A stretch of DNA of 64,000 bases from an uncultured Chloroflexia bacterium. GTDB lineage: Bacteria; Chloroflexota; Anaerolineae; JAAYZQ01. Positions 11,318-19,851 of this stretch are shown here, in pieces. The stretch's first letter is position 1. Every line of letters begins with the position of its first letter. The position numbers and the translations under genes are program-made. The DNA lies in the NCBI GenBank assembly GCA_963700285.1, contig CAVOXA010000001.1, positions 1,184,001 through 1,248,000 on the forward strand. The letters are read 5' to 3'. The notes under the pieces were generated by a model. It searched no databases and had not been told where the DNA came from. It worked only from the letters and a program-made list of their open reading frames with translations.

Positions 11318-11554
11318 TGGTCTCTTCCCTGCTTTCTCACGGATGCTCCCAATGGCTGCCGCACAGCGATTGGGCACCTGGCATAATTCCCTGATGGCGC
11401 AATTGTAGCAAAAAAGCGGGCTTTTGGGAACTCTCGTCGACGTCTGAGCCCGGTGCGCCTCCGGCAATTGGCGCTGGACACAATCCGTCTACCCCTTTGC
11501 TGATCGCGTCTCGGTCCCGGCAGTCGCCTTGCTGCGCTTTTGTCAGCCTCAGGC

Positions 11555-11923
11555 TCAGTCTCTATGGCAAGCCCAGTCCCAGGCATCCTGAATCTGCGCT
11601 GGCTCAAAATACGCCTCAGTGGTACGCCGGGTGAAGGGGTCCATGAGCTTGACCATCCACTTGTGCCACTTCTTGTCGCTGACAAAAGCGCAGCGTTCGA
11701 CGCTGCGGTACTGCTTCTTGCCAAACTGGAAATCCTCCTTGGCAGCGCCCAGCTCGCCCCACCCGTCAAAGTCCGAGAGAACAACAACCATGTTGATCTT
11801 GCCGTGGGCCTCGATGGCTTCATCCAGCCTAGGGAGGAGCATCTCATAGTCGGCAACGACAGCCTTGCCGCTGGCCTTGAAGCCGATACAGGTCTCGGTG
11901 CTTTCTTCCAGGATCTCAAACAT
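11555..11923 (-). CDS. STAS/SEC14 (SpoIIAA-like) domain protein
   Basis: MFEIL...GFKASGK...DY...FDGW...AFVSDKKW...YFEPAQIQDAWDW pattern; AGGAG RBS before ATG 11923. Confidence 0.8.
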   Translation of the reverse strand: MFEILEESTETCIGFKASGKAVVADYEMLLPRLDEAIEAHGKINMVVVLSDFDGWGELGAAKEDFQFGKKQYRSVERCAFVSDKKWHKWMVKLMDPFTRRTTEAYFEPAQIQDAWDWACHRD

Positions 11924-11984
11924 TGGTTTCTCCTTTCTGTCCAGTTTCAAAAGCCATTTTCAATTGCTGGGCCTGGAGAGCATG

Positions 11985-12096
11985 GAATGCTGCCCGTTGC
12001 CTCAGAGTGGAAGAAATCCTGAAACATTCGGGTCAGGAGGTGGGGACTCTTGACGATCTGTTCGATTCTGTTCTCGGCAGTCGCTACTGTATCCAT
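11985..12096 (-). pseudogene. nhaA: 5' remnant of a Na+/H+ antiporter NhaA-like gene
   Basis: GAGG RBS plus ATG gives MDTVATAENRIEQIVKSPHLLTRMFQDFFHSEATGSI, resembling the NhaA N-terminal F..FF.SEA.G.I motif; similarity then stops. Confidence 0.5.
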
Positions 12097-12332
12097 GGGT
12101 ACCTCGGGTTTCAATAGTACGTGGCTGATGGGCCTATGATACCATGCTTGATACCAAAGATCAAACTCTCCAGCAAACATCCTACAGGTTGAAGGATGAC
12201 TGCAGTCACGGAGCCTTCACCATGAGCGCGACAGTCTTCTATCGCGACGGATGATGGGTCAGGACATGGTCTGTTCTGCAGTTTCGCGCCGTGTTTCTCT
12301 GCCCGCGGAATCGAGGGTAATCCGAGCCGCCG

Positions 12333-13784
12333 TTACCAGACAAAGACATCGTCCGTAGGATGGCTCAGATCGACGATCTCGATCTGGTTGGTTCCACCGC
12401 CGAGGGCAGTACCCGACCCGTGGGTCAGAACCACCAGACCTTCTGTCAGTCCGTGCTCCGCTAGCCAATTTCGGGTGTAGGCCTGCCAGCTTTCCGGTCG
12501 CCTGCGCTCGTAGACGGCGTCAACGCCGTAGGAAAACTGCAGCGTCTGGCATGTAGACTCGTTGGGGCTGACGGCAACGATCCATACTTGCAACTGGAAC
12601 CGGCCAAGGCAGCGTGCCGTGGTACCGCTCAAAGTAGGGGTCACGACTGCGACAGGCTGGATGGCCTCCACGGTCCGGTAGATGCTCAGCGACACAAGGT
12701 CCTCGTTGCTGATCTCACCGCTGGCCTTCGCCTCCCGAAGGAGCCGGGCGACGTCGGGAGGGCCGACCTGTGGTTCTGTCACCTGGGCAATGCGCGCCAT
12801 CGTGGCCACGGCCTCCACCGGAAAGTTTCCCATAGCCGTCTCGCCCGACAGCATCACACAATCTGTGCCGTCGAGAATGGCATTGGCCACATCCGTCACC
12901 TCGGCGCGGGTGGGGCGGGGCTGTACCGTCATCGACTCGAGCATCTGCGTGGCGGTGATGACCGGTCTGCCAAAGAGATTGGCCCGCCGGATCACGTGTT
13001 TCTGGACCGTGGCTATCTCTTCGATAGGAATCTCGACGCCCAGATCACCGCGGGCGACCATGATTCCGTCCGTAGCCGCCAGGATAGCATCCAGATGCGC
13101 CAAGGCCTGCGCGCGCTCAAGTTTGGCGATGATGAAGGGCCGGTAGCCCATCGCCTGCGCTGCCTCCCGCACCACCTTGATATCCTCCGGGCCCTGGACA
13201 AAGGATTGGCTGATCGCATCCAACTTCTGTTCGGCCGCAAAGCCCAAGAACTCCCGGTCTCGCTCGGTGAAGGCGCTGATGCCCAGGTTGATTCCGGGAA
13301 AATTCACGCCTTTGAAGGAGCGGAGCTCTCCACCCACCTGTACCCGGCAATGGACCTCGCCCTCTACGACTTTCAGAACGCGGAGTTGGATGAAGCCATC
13401 ATTGACATAAACTTCGTCGCCTCGCTTGACGGCCTGTGGCAGGCCCTTGAAGCTCAACGACGCACGTTGGTCGTCCCCTACAATCTCCTCGGTCTGCAGG
13501 ATGAAGGACTGGCCGCGGACCAGTTCCACCGGTTCCTCGGCCAACTGCCCAATGCGCATCTTGGGCCCTGGCAGGTCGCCCAGGATGGCGACACGCTTGC
13601 CGGTCGCCGCCGCCGCCGCACGGATGTTCTCGATCACCTTGGCGTGGCTCTCAAAATCGCCGTGGGCAAAGTTGAGTCGAGCAACGTTCATACCGCTGCT
13701 CACCAGGTTCTCCAGCGTTTCCCGGGACTCGGACGCGGGACCGATGGTGCAGACGATCTTTGTCTTCTTGAGTGGGAAGTCCAT
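12333..13784 (-). CDS. pyk: Pyruvate kinase (canonical copy)
   Basis: KTKIVCTIGPAS, ARLNFAHG, SFKGVN, AKLE, MVARGDLGVE, ATQMLESM and VMLSGETA motifs; AGGAGG RBS before ATG 13784. Confidence 0.95.
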   Translation of the reverse strand: MDFPLKKTKIVCTIGPASESRETLENLVSSGMNVARLNFAHGDFESHAKVIENIRAAAAATGKRVAILGDLPGPKMRIGQLAEEPVELVRGQSFILQTEEIVGDDQRASLSFKGLPQAVKRGDEVYVNDGFIQLRVLKVVEGEVHCRVQVGGELRSFKGVNFPGINLGISAFTERDREFLGFAAEQKLDAISQSFVQGPEDIKVVREAAQAMGYRPFIIAKLERAQALAHLDAILAATDGIMVARGDLGVEIPIEEIATVQKHVIRRANLFGRPVITATQMLESMTVQPRPTRAEVTDVANAILDGTDCVMLSGETAMGNFPVEAVATMARIAQVTEPQVGPPDVARLLREAKASGEISNEDLVSLSIYRTVEAIQPVAVVTPTLSGTTARCLGRFQLQVWIVAVSPNESTCQTLQFSYGVDAVYERRRPESWQAYTRNWLAEHGLTEGLVVLTHGSGTALGGGTNQIEIVDLSHPTDDVFVW

Positions 13785-13786
13785 TG

Positions 13787-13880
13787 TCAAGCCTCCTCGC
13801 CAAAGCTGATCCCCAGTGCCCGCCCGTCGTGTACCAGCTCGCCGTCGCGCGGCACGGTACGGATCTGGTCTATATGGGAT
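13787..13880 (-). pseudogene. 3' remnant of a single-domain phosphofructokinase gene
   Basis: Reads ...IDQIRTVPRDGELVHDGRALGISFGEEA*, resembling the PfkA-family C-terminal TVP.DG....AR.LGISFG tail; it stops 2 nt before the pyk ATG. Confidence 0.55.
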
Positions 13881-13922
13881 AGAGCCTCGTGATCCTGCGC
13901 ATGCACAGGATCACGAGGCTCT
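13881..13922. repeat. Inverted repeat with a perfect 17-bp stem
   Basis: AGAGCCTCGTGATCCTG-cgcatgca-CAGGATCACGAGGCTCT. Confidence 0.9.
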
Positions 13923-14015
13923 GACATCAGGTTGCCCAGGAAGGCCGCCCTATCCTGTTCGTTGAATATAGGGCTGTGACGAGAGAACCATTTGGCTCAG
14001 CTCGATATCTGGCCG

Positions 14016-14492
14016 CTAGAGCCCCAGTAGTTGCCGTTTCTTGGCCTCAAAGTCCTCGTCGCTGATGATCCCTCGATCGCGCAGGTCAGCCAGCCGTTCC
14101 AGCTCGTCCAGATAGGATTCTTCCACTGCAGGCTGCGCCGCTGCGATAGGCTGCGCTGCCGCTGCATCAGCCGCTGGGGGAGTCCCCTCGTCTGTGATAA
14201 TCGCCTTATCGTCGTCGGTAAGCTCGATACTTTGGATACCAAGTTGCTCCATGGCGGCCACCAGCTCGTCTTCCGTCAATTCCTCGACCGAAGCGCCGGT
14301 GTGTTCCTCGATGCGTTCGGAGTCCTTCTGCGAGAGCTTGACAGCGCCATAGGCGGCGCCACCTACGGCCAGGAGCACCATACCTCCGACCATGATGCGC
14401 CTTCTTCTGCGGCGTCGCATACGCCGTACTGTCCGATGCGTGGTTCGCCTTGCGGTTCGCCTGCCAGCTCGTCTGGCTCCTCTTCTAGGCAT
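14016..14492 (-). CDS. SHOCT-domain membrane protein with Arg-rich N-terminus
   Basis: C-terminal YLDELERLADLRDRGIISDEDFEAKKRQLLGL (SHOCT); one hydrophobic segment after a poly-Arg stretch; GGAGG RBS. Confidence 0.85.
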   Translation of the reverse strand: MPRRGARRAGRRTARRTTHRTVRRMRRRRRRRIMVGGMVLLAVGGAAYGAVKLSQKDSERIEEHTGASVEELTEDELVAAMEQLGIQSIELTDDDKAIITDEGTPPAADAAAAQPIAAAQPAVEESYLDELERLADLRDRGIISDEDFEAKKRQLLGL

Positions 14493-14580
14493 GGTTTCCG
14501 TACCTCCGTCCTATCTTCCGGCGCCTATCGGGCCGCCTTTTCCTGGTCCTGTTTTCAGTGTGCACCAAATTCGCATCTTG

Positions 14581-14610
14581 ATTGTACACCATCAGGTCAA
14601 TGCCTGTCAA
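14581..14610 (-). promoter_or_regulatory. Sigma-70-type promoter of the SHOCT gene
   Basis: Minus strand TTGACA-N18-TACAAT. Confidence 0.55.
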
Positions 14611-16154
14611 AGCGAGATCCCGGCCTGGGCACCATCCAGGAAGGTCGGGGCGTAGACACGGATGGCGCTCTCGCCACCCAGCGGACACTGGTACTCGCAG
14701 ATGCCACAACCGATGCACAGTTCCCGGATGACCCGGGGGCGCTGCAGTACAACCGTCTCGCCCTGGGCGTTGAGAGCTTTGACCTCGTCCAGTTTGATGG
14801 CCTTGTCCTCCACCGGACAGCATTCCTCGCAAACGATGCAGTGTGTGCTGTAGGTCCAGGGCAGGCAGCGGTCGCGGTCGATGCGGGCCAGGCCGATGGG
14901 CGTGTGTTGCTTGACGACGAGCGCCATCTCTGGGATTGCGCCAGTGGGGCAGACGTGGCTGCAGGCGTTGCAGCCAAAGTTGCAGTAGCCCAGGCGCGGC
15001 ACCAGGCGTGGGGTCAGCATGTTTTGCACGCCGCCCTCAAAGAGACTGGGTTGCAGACCTTGGGTGGGGCAGACGCGGACACAGGCGCCGCAGCGGGCAC
15101 AGAGAGCGCTGAAATCAACGGGGGCCGCACCTGGGGGACGGATCATGGTCGCCGGTTCCCGGAATACGATGGGCTCTACACCAGCAAGCGCGACGCCAGC
15201 GGCGGATACGCCTATGGCAGCCAGAACCTGCCGGCGCGTGGGGTCATAGTCGTGCCGTGTTGCTGGCCGCCAGGCGGGCAGTTGCCAGTGGAAGCCAATC
15301 TCTGAGCGTGAACAGTCTACCAGACAGTCGAAACAGACGATACACTCGGCCGGATCGCTGCGGAAGTTGTCGTGTAGGTCGATGGTTCCTGTTGGGCATT
15401 GATGGCTACAACGGGCGCATTGTACGCAGTCGTCGCTCACTTTTCGGCGCACTAGTGAGAGCTTGGAGACCAAACCCAGCAAGCCGCCCAGGGGGCAGAG
15501 ATAGCGGCACCAGAAGCGCTGCGCCCACCAATTCAGGGCTACCAACCCGGCGAAGAGGAGAGCGACCAACATCGTCAAGCTGAACACGGGCTGTATCTCC
15601 TGGAAGAGGGGCCGCGTCAGCGAGTTGTGTAGCAGGTCCAACACCCCCCACAGTGGGGAAAACTGGTACAGGAATGCCTCGGTCTGCAGGACTGCAGAAT
15701 GTAGGGCGGGCCAGATGGCCGTTGCCATCGTCCGGTTGAGGATGGTAATGGGATCAAGGATCATGAGTGTCTGGTTGCCCAGAAGGGCCGCAAAGAGGAT
15801 GATAACCAGCAACAGGTACTTGATGATGCGCCAGCTTTCGGGAGGGGCTTTGCTTCGCCGCCGCCGGGGCGCCAGCCATTCCAGTACCGTCCCCAGGGGG
15901 CAGATCCAGCCACACCAAACCCTTCCGAACAGCAGCGTGAGGAACAGCACGAGTCCGGCCAGGATCAGGCCAGCCTGTAGCACTCGCCCGGCCAGCGTGG
16001 CCGCGGCCATGAGGAGGGGGTCGAGGCGGGAAAAGATATCCGCCCAGAAGGCAACTGGCCTCTGGGCATTCGCGTAAACAAAGAGACCGGCATAGAGCAG
16101 CAGCGCCAAGATCTGCGCGCCCTGCCGGAATCTGCGCCAGGCGCGAGGGCTCAC
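14607..16154 (-). CDS. Membrane-bound polyferredoxin (NapH/MauN-like plus NapG/MauM-like 4Fe-4S domains)
   Basis: GRVWCGWICPLG and FWCRYLCPLG motifs, several CxxCxxCxxxCP clusters, internal TRRQVL and IRPPGA. Start placed at GTG 16154. Confidence 0.88.
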   Translation of the reverse strand: MSPRAWRRFRQGAQILALLLYAGLFVYANAQRPVAFWADIFSRLDPLLMAAATLAGRVLQAGLILAGLVLFLTLLFGRVWCGWICPLGTVLEWLAPRRRRSKAPPESWRIIKYLLLVIILFAALLGNQTLMILDPITILNRTMATAIWPALHSAVLQTEAFLYQFSPLWGVLDLLHNSLTRPLFQEIQPVFSLTMLVALLFAGLVALNWWAQRFWCRYLCPLGGLLGLVSKLSLVRRKVSDDCVQCARCSHQCPTGTIDLHDNFRSDPAECIVCFDCLVDCSRSEIGFHWQLPAWRPATRHDYDPTRRQVLAAIGVSAAGVALAGVEPIVFREPATMIRPPGAAPVDFSALCARCGACVRVCPTQGLQPSLFEGGVQNMLTPRLVPRLGYCNFGCNACSHVCPTGAIPEMALVVKQHTPIGLARIDRDRCLPWTYSTHCIVCEECCPVEDKAIKLDEVKALNAQGETVVLQRPRVIRELCIGCGICEYQCPLGGESAIRVYAPTFLDGAQAGISL

Positions 16155-16188
16155 TTGGTCCCTTGTCTTTCGTCTTTCCTCAACTCTG

Positions 16189-17154
16189 CTAGACCGCAAT
16201 CTCTTCGATCTGGATGGACGACAGGTCCAGGATACCCAGGCCCATCTCGGCCGCGGCTTTGACGTAGGCAATGTCCTCGCCCACCAGGTCAAATAGGGTG
16301 GCCGCGTAGGCGTCGGCGGCGACGATGTCGTGGCTGGCGATGACGGTGTTGGACAGGCGTACATCATCCAGGCTGCCGCCGCCCGGCCCGTGAGCTACGA
16401 GCGTGCGCACGGCATCCACCACGGTCAAATTTGGGCGCACCAAGCTGACCAGGTCAGCCGTGCGCTGGCCCAGGTTGCTGTGCATCTTGTTGCGGTTCTG
16501 GACGACGCCCAACAGGTTTTTTCCTGCCAGGCTCAAGCGAGCCAGGCTGTGATGTTTGGCAATTGGTACGTCGATCACCACGTCGGCGTTGAGAACTTGC
16601 TGATAGACTGGCCAACTGCTGATATCTCTGCCCTCTGGGATGTCGGTTTCTCGGAACTTGGCGGGGTTCATCGCTTCCATCTGGCCGCCGGCTGCGGCCA
16701 CAGCGTCGGCGATGCCGCTGCGTGCGTAGGCGCTTTCGGCACTCCCGCCAAAGGGGCTGTCCATGACACGCACGCGCCGGGCGCCCGCGCCCAAGCATAG
16801 CTCGACCAGTGTTGCCACTACCTCTGGGTTGGTCGTCGCGGCATACTCAAAAGTACGAAAATCAACACAGATGTTGGGCTTGACGATGACATCGTCGCCG
16901 TCTTTGACAAAGCGTTCCATGCCGCCGATAGCTGCCAAAGCGGTCCGGGTTAGTGCTGCTGGTACACTCCCGCGGGCCACTGCCAGGTAGGCAGCGTCTC
17001 TTGGCGGAGGCAAGGGTATCTCGGCCTGCGCCCGTGGTAAGCTGGCGGGTTCCTTACCCCCACAGGCAGCAAGGGCTGTTCCCAGTCCGGCGGCTGCTGC
17101 CAACCGGACGAACTGGCGGCGGGTGACTGTGCCTGGCTTTTTGTGTGGATTCAA
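16189..17154 (-). CDS. DUF362-domain protein with Tat/lipoprotein signal
   Basis: VTRRQFV...ALAACG; GGMERFVKDGDDVIVKPN, TTNPEVV, PIAKHH and DIVAADA motifs; AGGAGG RBS before TTG 17154. Confidence 0.88.
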   Translation of the reverse strand: MNPHKKPGTVTRRQFVRLAAAAGLGTALAACGGKEPASLPRAQAEIPLPPPRDAAYLAVARGSVPAALTRTALAAIGGMERFVKDGDDVIVKPNICVDFRTFEYAATTNPEVVATLVELCLGAGARRVRVMDSPFGGSAESAYARSGIADAVAAAGGQMEAMNPAKFRETDIPEGRDISSWPVYQQVLNADVVIDVPIAKHHSLARLSLAGKNLLGVVQNRNKMHSNLGQRTADLVSLVRPNLTVVDAVRTLVAHGPGGGSLDDVRLSNTVIASHDIVAADAYAATLFDLVGEDIAYVKAAAEMGLGILDLSSIQIEEIAV

Positions 17155-17184
17155 AGGTACCTCCTGCCTACTTTCTAGAGCAAG

Positions 17185-17213
17185 AGCATACCACACATGC
17201 TGATGGCTGTCAA
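17185..17213 (-). promoter_or_regulatory. Sigma-70-type promoter of the DUF362 operon
   Basis: Minus strand TTGACA-N17-TATGCT with an extended -10 TG. Confidence 0.65.
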
Positions 17214-17582
17214 ACGCCATCTGGCAGGCCCAGGTTCGCGGTAGGATGGGCAAAGCCCTCCTCATGATGACCTGTACACGAGGCGCAAGGGTATTCGAAG
17301 CAGAAGGTTCCTTTAGTAGGGGATTTGAGGGGTGCGGGTGGGGTTGATCGGTCAACAAATGCCAGCCAAGGCAGGTTGAAACGAAGCAGAAGCGAGTAGC
17401 AGACCGGGATGAAGGATTCCGGCAGGCAGTTTGGTCCTGAGAAGGCAGTTGAGAGGGCTGTGGGGCAAGTTTGCGGCTTGGGGAACTGCTTCTGAAAGGC
17501 AGAAAAGGGATGGGCAAGCAGGGGGCAGCACACCACGCGGAAGAGCATCCATGAGGCTTTCAGCGTGATAGGCAGACCGCAC

Positions 17583-18225
17583 TTAGACAGTGACGAAGGT
17601 AGTCTCGCGCACGAGACGGGCGAGAGTAGTCAGGGTAGCCCAGGTATCAGCCAGGTAGGCGAGGGCTTTGCCCCGCAGTCCGCCATATACCAGCAGGCGC
17701 TTGAGGTTCCAGTGCTCGAAGGTGGCATTGCGGGCTTCCGAAGTGTTCCGGGCTTGATGGTAGAGACGTTTCCAGGCGCTAGAGCCCACGGGCAGGTCGC
17801 GCGCCAAGCGGATGGAGCCATTGGTGAAACGTTCCCCCAGATTGAAGATTTTACCAAAGGGATGAGTAGAGGCGTCGGGATAGAAAAGGGGCAATTGCAG
17901 AAGAAGGGAAGCGCCTGGCACCTCTTCCCGCTCATTGGCTGCAGGAAATCGGCCAGCAAGGCGAGGTGGAAGCGGCGACTGGGGCTGGACGCCGGTTGAT
18001 TGGAGCCCGTGTACCAGACAAAACGAGCTTGGGCATCCCGGGGCGTGGCGTGGTGGCAGGCCTCGACACAGGCGGGGGTATCACAATCACAACCCCGGCG
18101 CTCTTTCTTCTTGGCCGGGCAGGGACGCGGGTTGTCGGAGCCCGTAGGTTGGTAGCAGCTCTGCTGTATGGAGGTACAGCGCATGCGGGAAGCCGCATGG
18201 AGGAGCATGCCGTCCGGTTAGCCAT
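17583..18225 (-). pseudogene. Internally deleted, frameshifted DDE-type transposase (IS5/IS1182-like)
   Basis: Fragments in three frames: MANR / DGMLLHAASRMRC...PCPAK...GCDCDTPACVEAC...RDAQARFVWY / ...WKRLYHQARNTSEARNATFEHWNLKR. The last carries a Y..R...E..N signature like the C-terminal catalytic Glu region of IS4-clan transposases. Confidence 0.65.
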
Positions 18226-18920
18226 GTCGGCCTCCTCGCCACCGTAACCAGCGCTGAGTGTCGGCCTCGACGGTCTCGTAATCGGCCAACGTGTGGCGGG
18301 CCAGGAGAGAACGCAACTGCTGGGAGTGAGCGGGTTGGCGAAGCCAGATCAAGGCTTCAGTATGCAGTTGGCGCGCCCGCTCGCCGTTGACGCTCAACGC
18401 AGCGCCGATCGCAGAATAGAAGACTTGGGGCTTCCCAGTTAATTCACAGCGAGCCAGACGACGATGCGCAATCGCTCTGGCAGCCGGGCAAGGAGATCCC
18501 AGAAGGCGGAGCGGATGGCATCTGCTTCCCAGGCTTGGGCTGGATCTGTCGTTCCCGCCGCCGAAGAAGAGGCTTCGTCGAGGTCAAGATGTTCCATGGC
18601 TCGACAAGGGGCACGCTCGGCAAGCTTGACCTCTCGCCAGACCTGGTGCATAATGGAGGTCCAGGCGTAGGTGGAAAAGGCTGTTCTCTGCTCGGGATCA
18701 AAGCCCAGGATGGCGTGCCACAGGCCAATGCGACCCGCCTGCAAGGCCTCGGCAAATGGCAGGTCGCCCAAGACCTGCTTCCGCACGACGGCGTGGACTA
18801 AACCCTCGTGCGCTGCCATGAGTCGCGCCAGACTGTCTCGGTATCCCGCTTGTGTCTGGCGGAAAAGGGCGGCCCCGGTGGGCTGACCAGGGAACTCGGG
18901 CGAAAACCTTTGGGTTGATA
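18220..18920 (-). pseudogene. Sigma-70 family RNA polymerase sigma factor (regions 2 and 4), frameshifted near 18452
   Basis: ALFRQTQAGYRDSLARLMAAHEGLVHAVVRK...EALQAGRIGLWHAILGFDPEQRTAFSTYAWTSI (region 2), LLARLPERLRIVV, then in a shifted frame YSAIGAALSVNGERARQLHTEALIWLRQP (region 4 HTH) to RGGRHG*. The stop overlaps the transposase start. Confidence 0.8.
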
Positions 18921-19172
18921 GCGGACTTCAGTTCTGCTTCGAAAGCTGCATGGGTGAAAGTTGTCCTACGGCGGAGTCCATGGTAGAATAGGCTGGCCTG
19001 TAGTGCTCGCCTGGGCTTGGTGAAGGCGAATTTCGAGCCGCAGCGTTGGCTCTTCCCAGGAGGAGAGAAATGCGGCTTGACAGCCGATAACCCTGCCCCG
19101 GGTGGCAGTGTGGTACTGGCTGTTTTCTTTTCTGGGAAAGGGAGCAAACGGTTCACTTGAAGGAGGGAAAGG

Positions 19173-19598
19173 ATGTCAGATCAACCGCAGTACGAACAGA
19201 GGCGCGACGAGAAGGACGAGAAGCAGGAAAAGGGAAACGGGGACAGTTGGGACGAAAAGTGGCGCCGTGACCCTGTGGACGCTGCCATGTGGGCCCTTAT
19301 CCTCATCTGGGTCGGGGTGGTGCTGCTGGGCGCCAACCTGGGCTTTTTTCGGGGATTGCCGCTAGAATCCTGGTCCATCGGCTTTTTGGGAGCTGGCGTC
19401 ATTGTGCTCTTGACGGTGCTCTTTCGCTTGCTGGTGCCGGCTTACCGGAAACCTCTGGGCGGTACCGTCATCCTGGGGGTGATCTTTATCGGGATTGGCC
19501 TGGGCGCCAAGGTTGGATGGATCATCATTGGACCCTTGGTTCTGATTGGCATCGGCGTGGGTATCATCCTGACGGGCATCTTTCGGAAACGCGAGTAG
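19173..19598 (+). CDS. Small integral membrane protein (about 4 TM)
   Basis: 141 aa; AGGAGG RBS; charged N-terminus followed by hydrophobic helices. Confidence 0.75.
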   Translation: MSDQPQYEQRRDEKDEKQEKGNGDSWDEKWRRDPVDAAMWALILIWVGVVLLGANLGFFRGLPLESWSIGFLGAGVIVLLTVLFRLLVPAYRKPLGGTVILGVIFIGIGLGAKVGWIIIGPLVLIGIGVGIILTGIFRKRE

Positions 19599-19851
19599 AC
19601 CCGATAGCCTACGCCCGTACAGGTGCATGACAGGTGCTTTGGTACCATTGAGGCGCGCTCAAGGGCGCCTGTTGCCTAGCAGAGTTATCAAGGTCCTCAG
19701 CGCCATCTTGGCGCGTGAGTCAGTCCGTACCTGGGAGCAGAATGCGTTGGACTGTGGTCCAACGCGAGCCTGACTGTGCGAAAACTCGCTTGTTTCTCGT
19801 GCCGTGGAGCGCGTTTGTATGGCACGCCCTCCTGCAGAAAGGAACTGGGCT

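Larger units (their letters stand above)
17294..18943 (-). mobile_element. Degenerate IS-like element carrying a sigma-70-like gene and a DDE transposase
   Basis: 12-bp inverted repeat TTCGAAGCAGAA (17294-17305) / TTCTGCTTCGAA (18932-18943) brackets both pseudogenes; no TSD seen. Confidence 0.55.

Noticed and set aside
12588-15305. Long + strand ORFs 12588..13892 (434 aa) and 14031..15305 (424 aa)
   Set aside because: Antisense shadows of pyk and the SHOCT/polyferredoxin genes with no recognisable motifs; typical of GC-rich DNA.
16155-17517. Long N-terminal extensions of the polyferredoxin and DUF362 ORFs
   Set aside because: The RBS, promoter and signal peptide support the shorter starts (16154 and 17154).
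19077-19120. TTGACA promoter for the 19173 gene
   Set aside because: No -10 box at 16-18 bp spacing.
17294-19170. RNA-guided sigma system of the dCas12f/TnpB-sigma type
   Set aside because: No RuvC/TnpB-like ORF is visible; the partner gene has a DDE-like signature instead.
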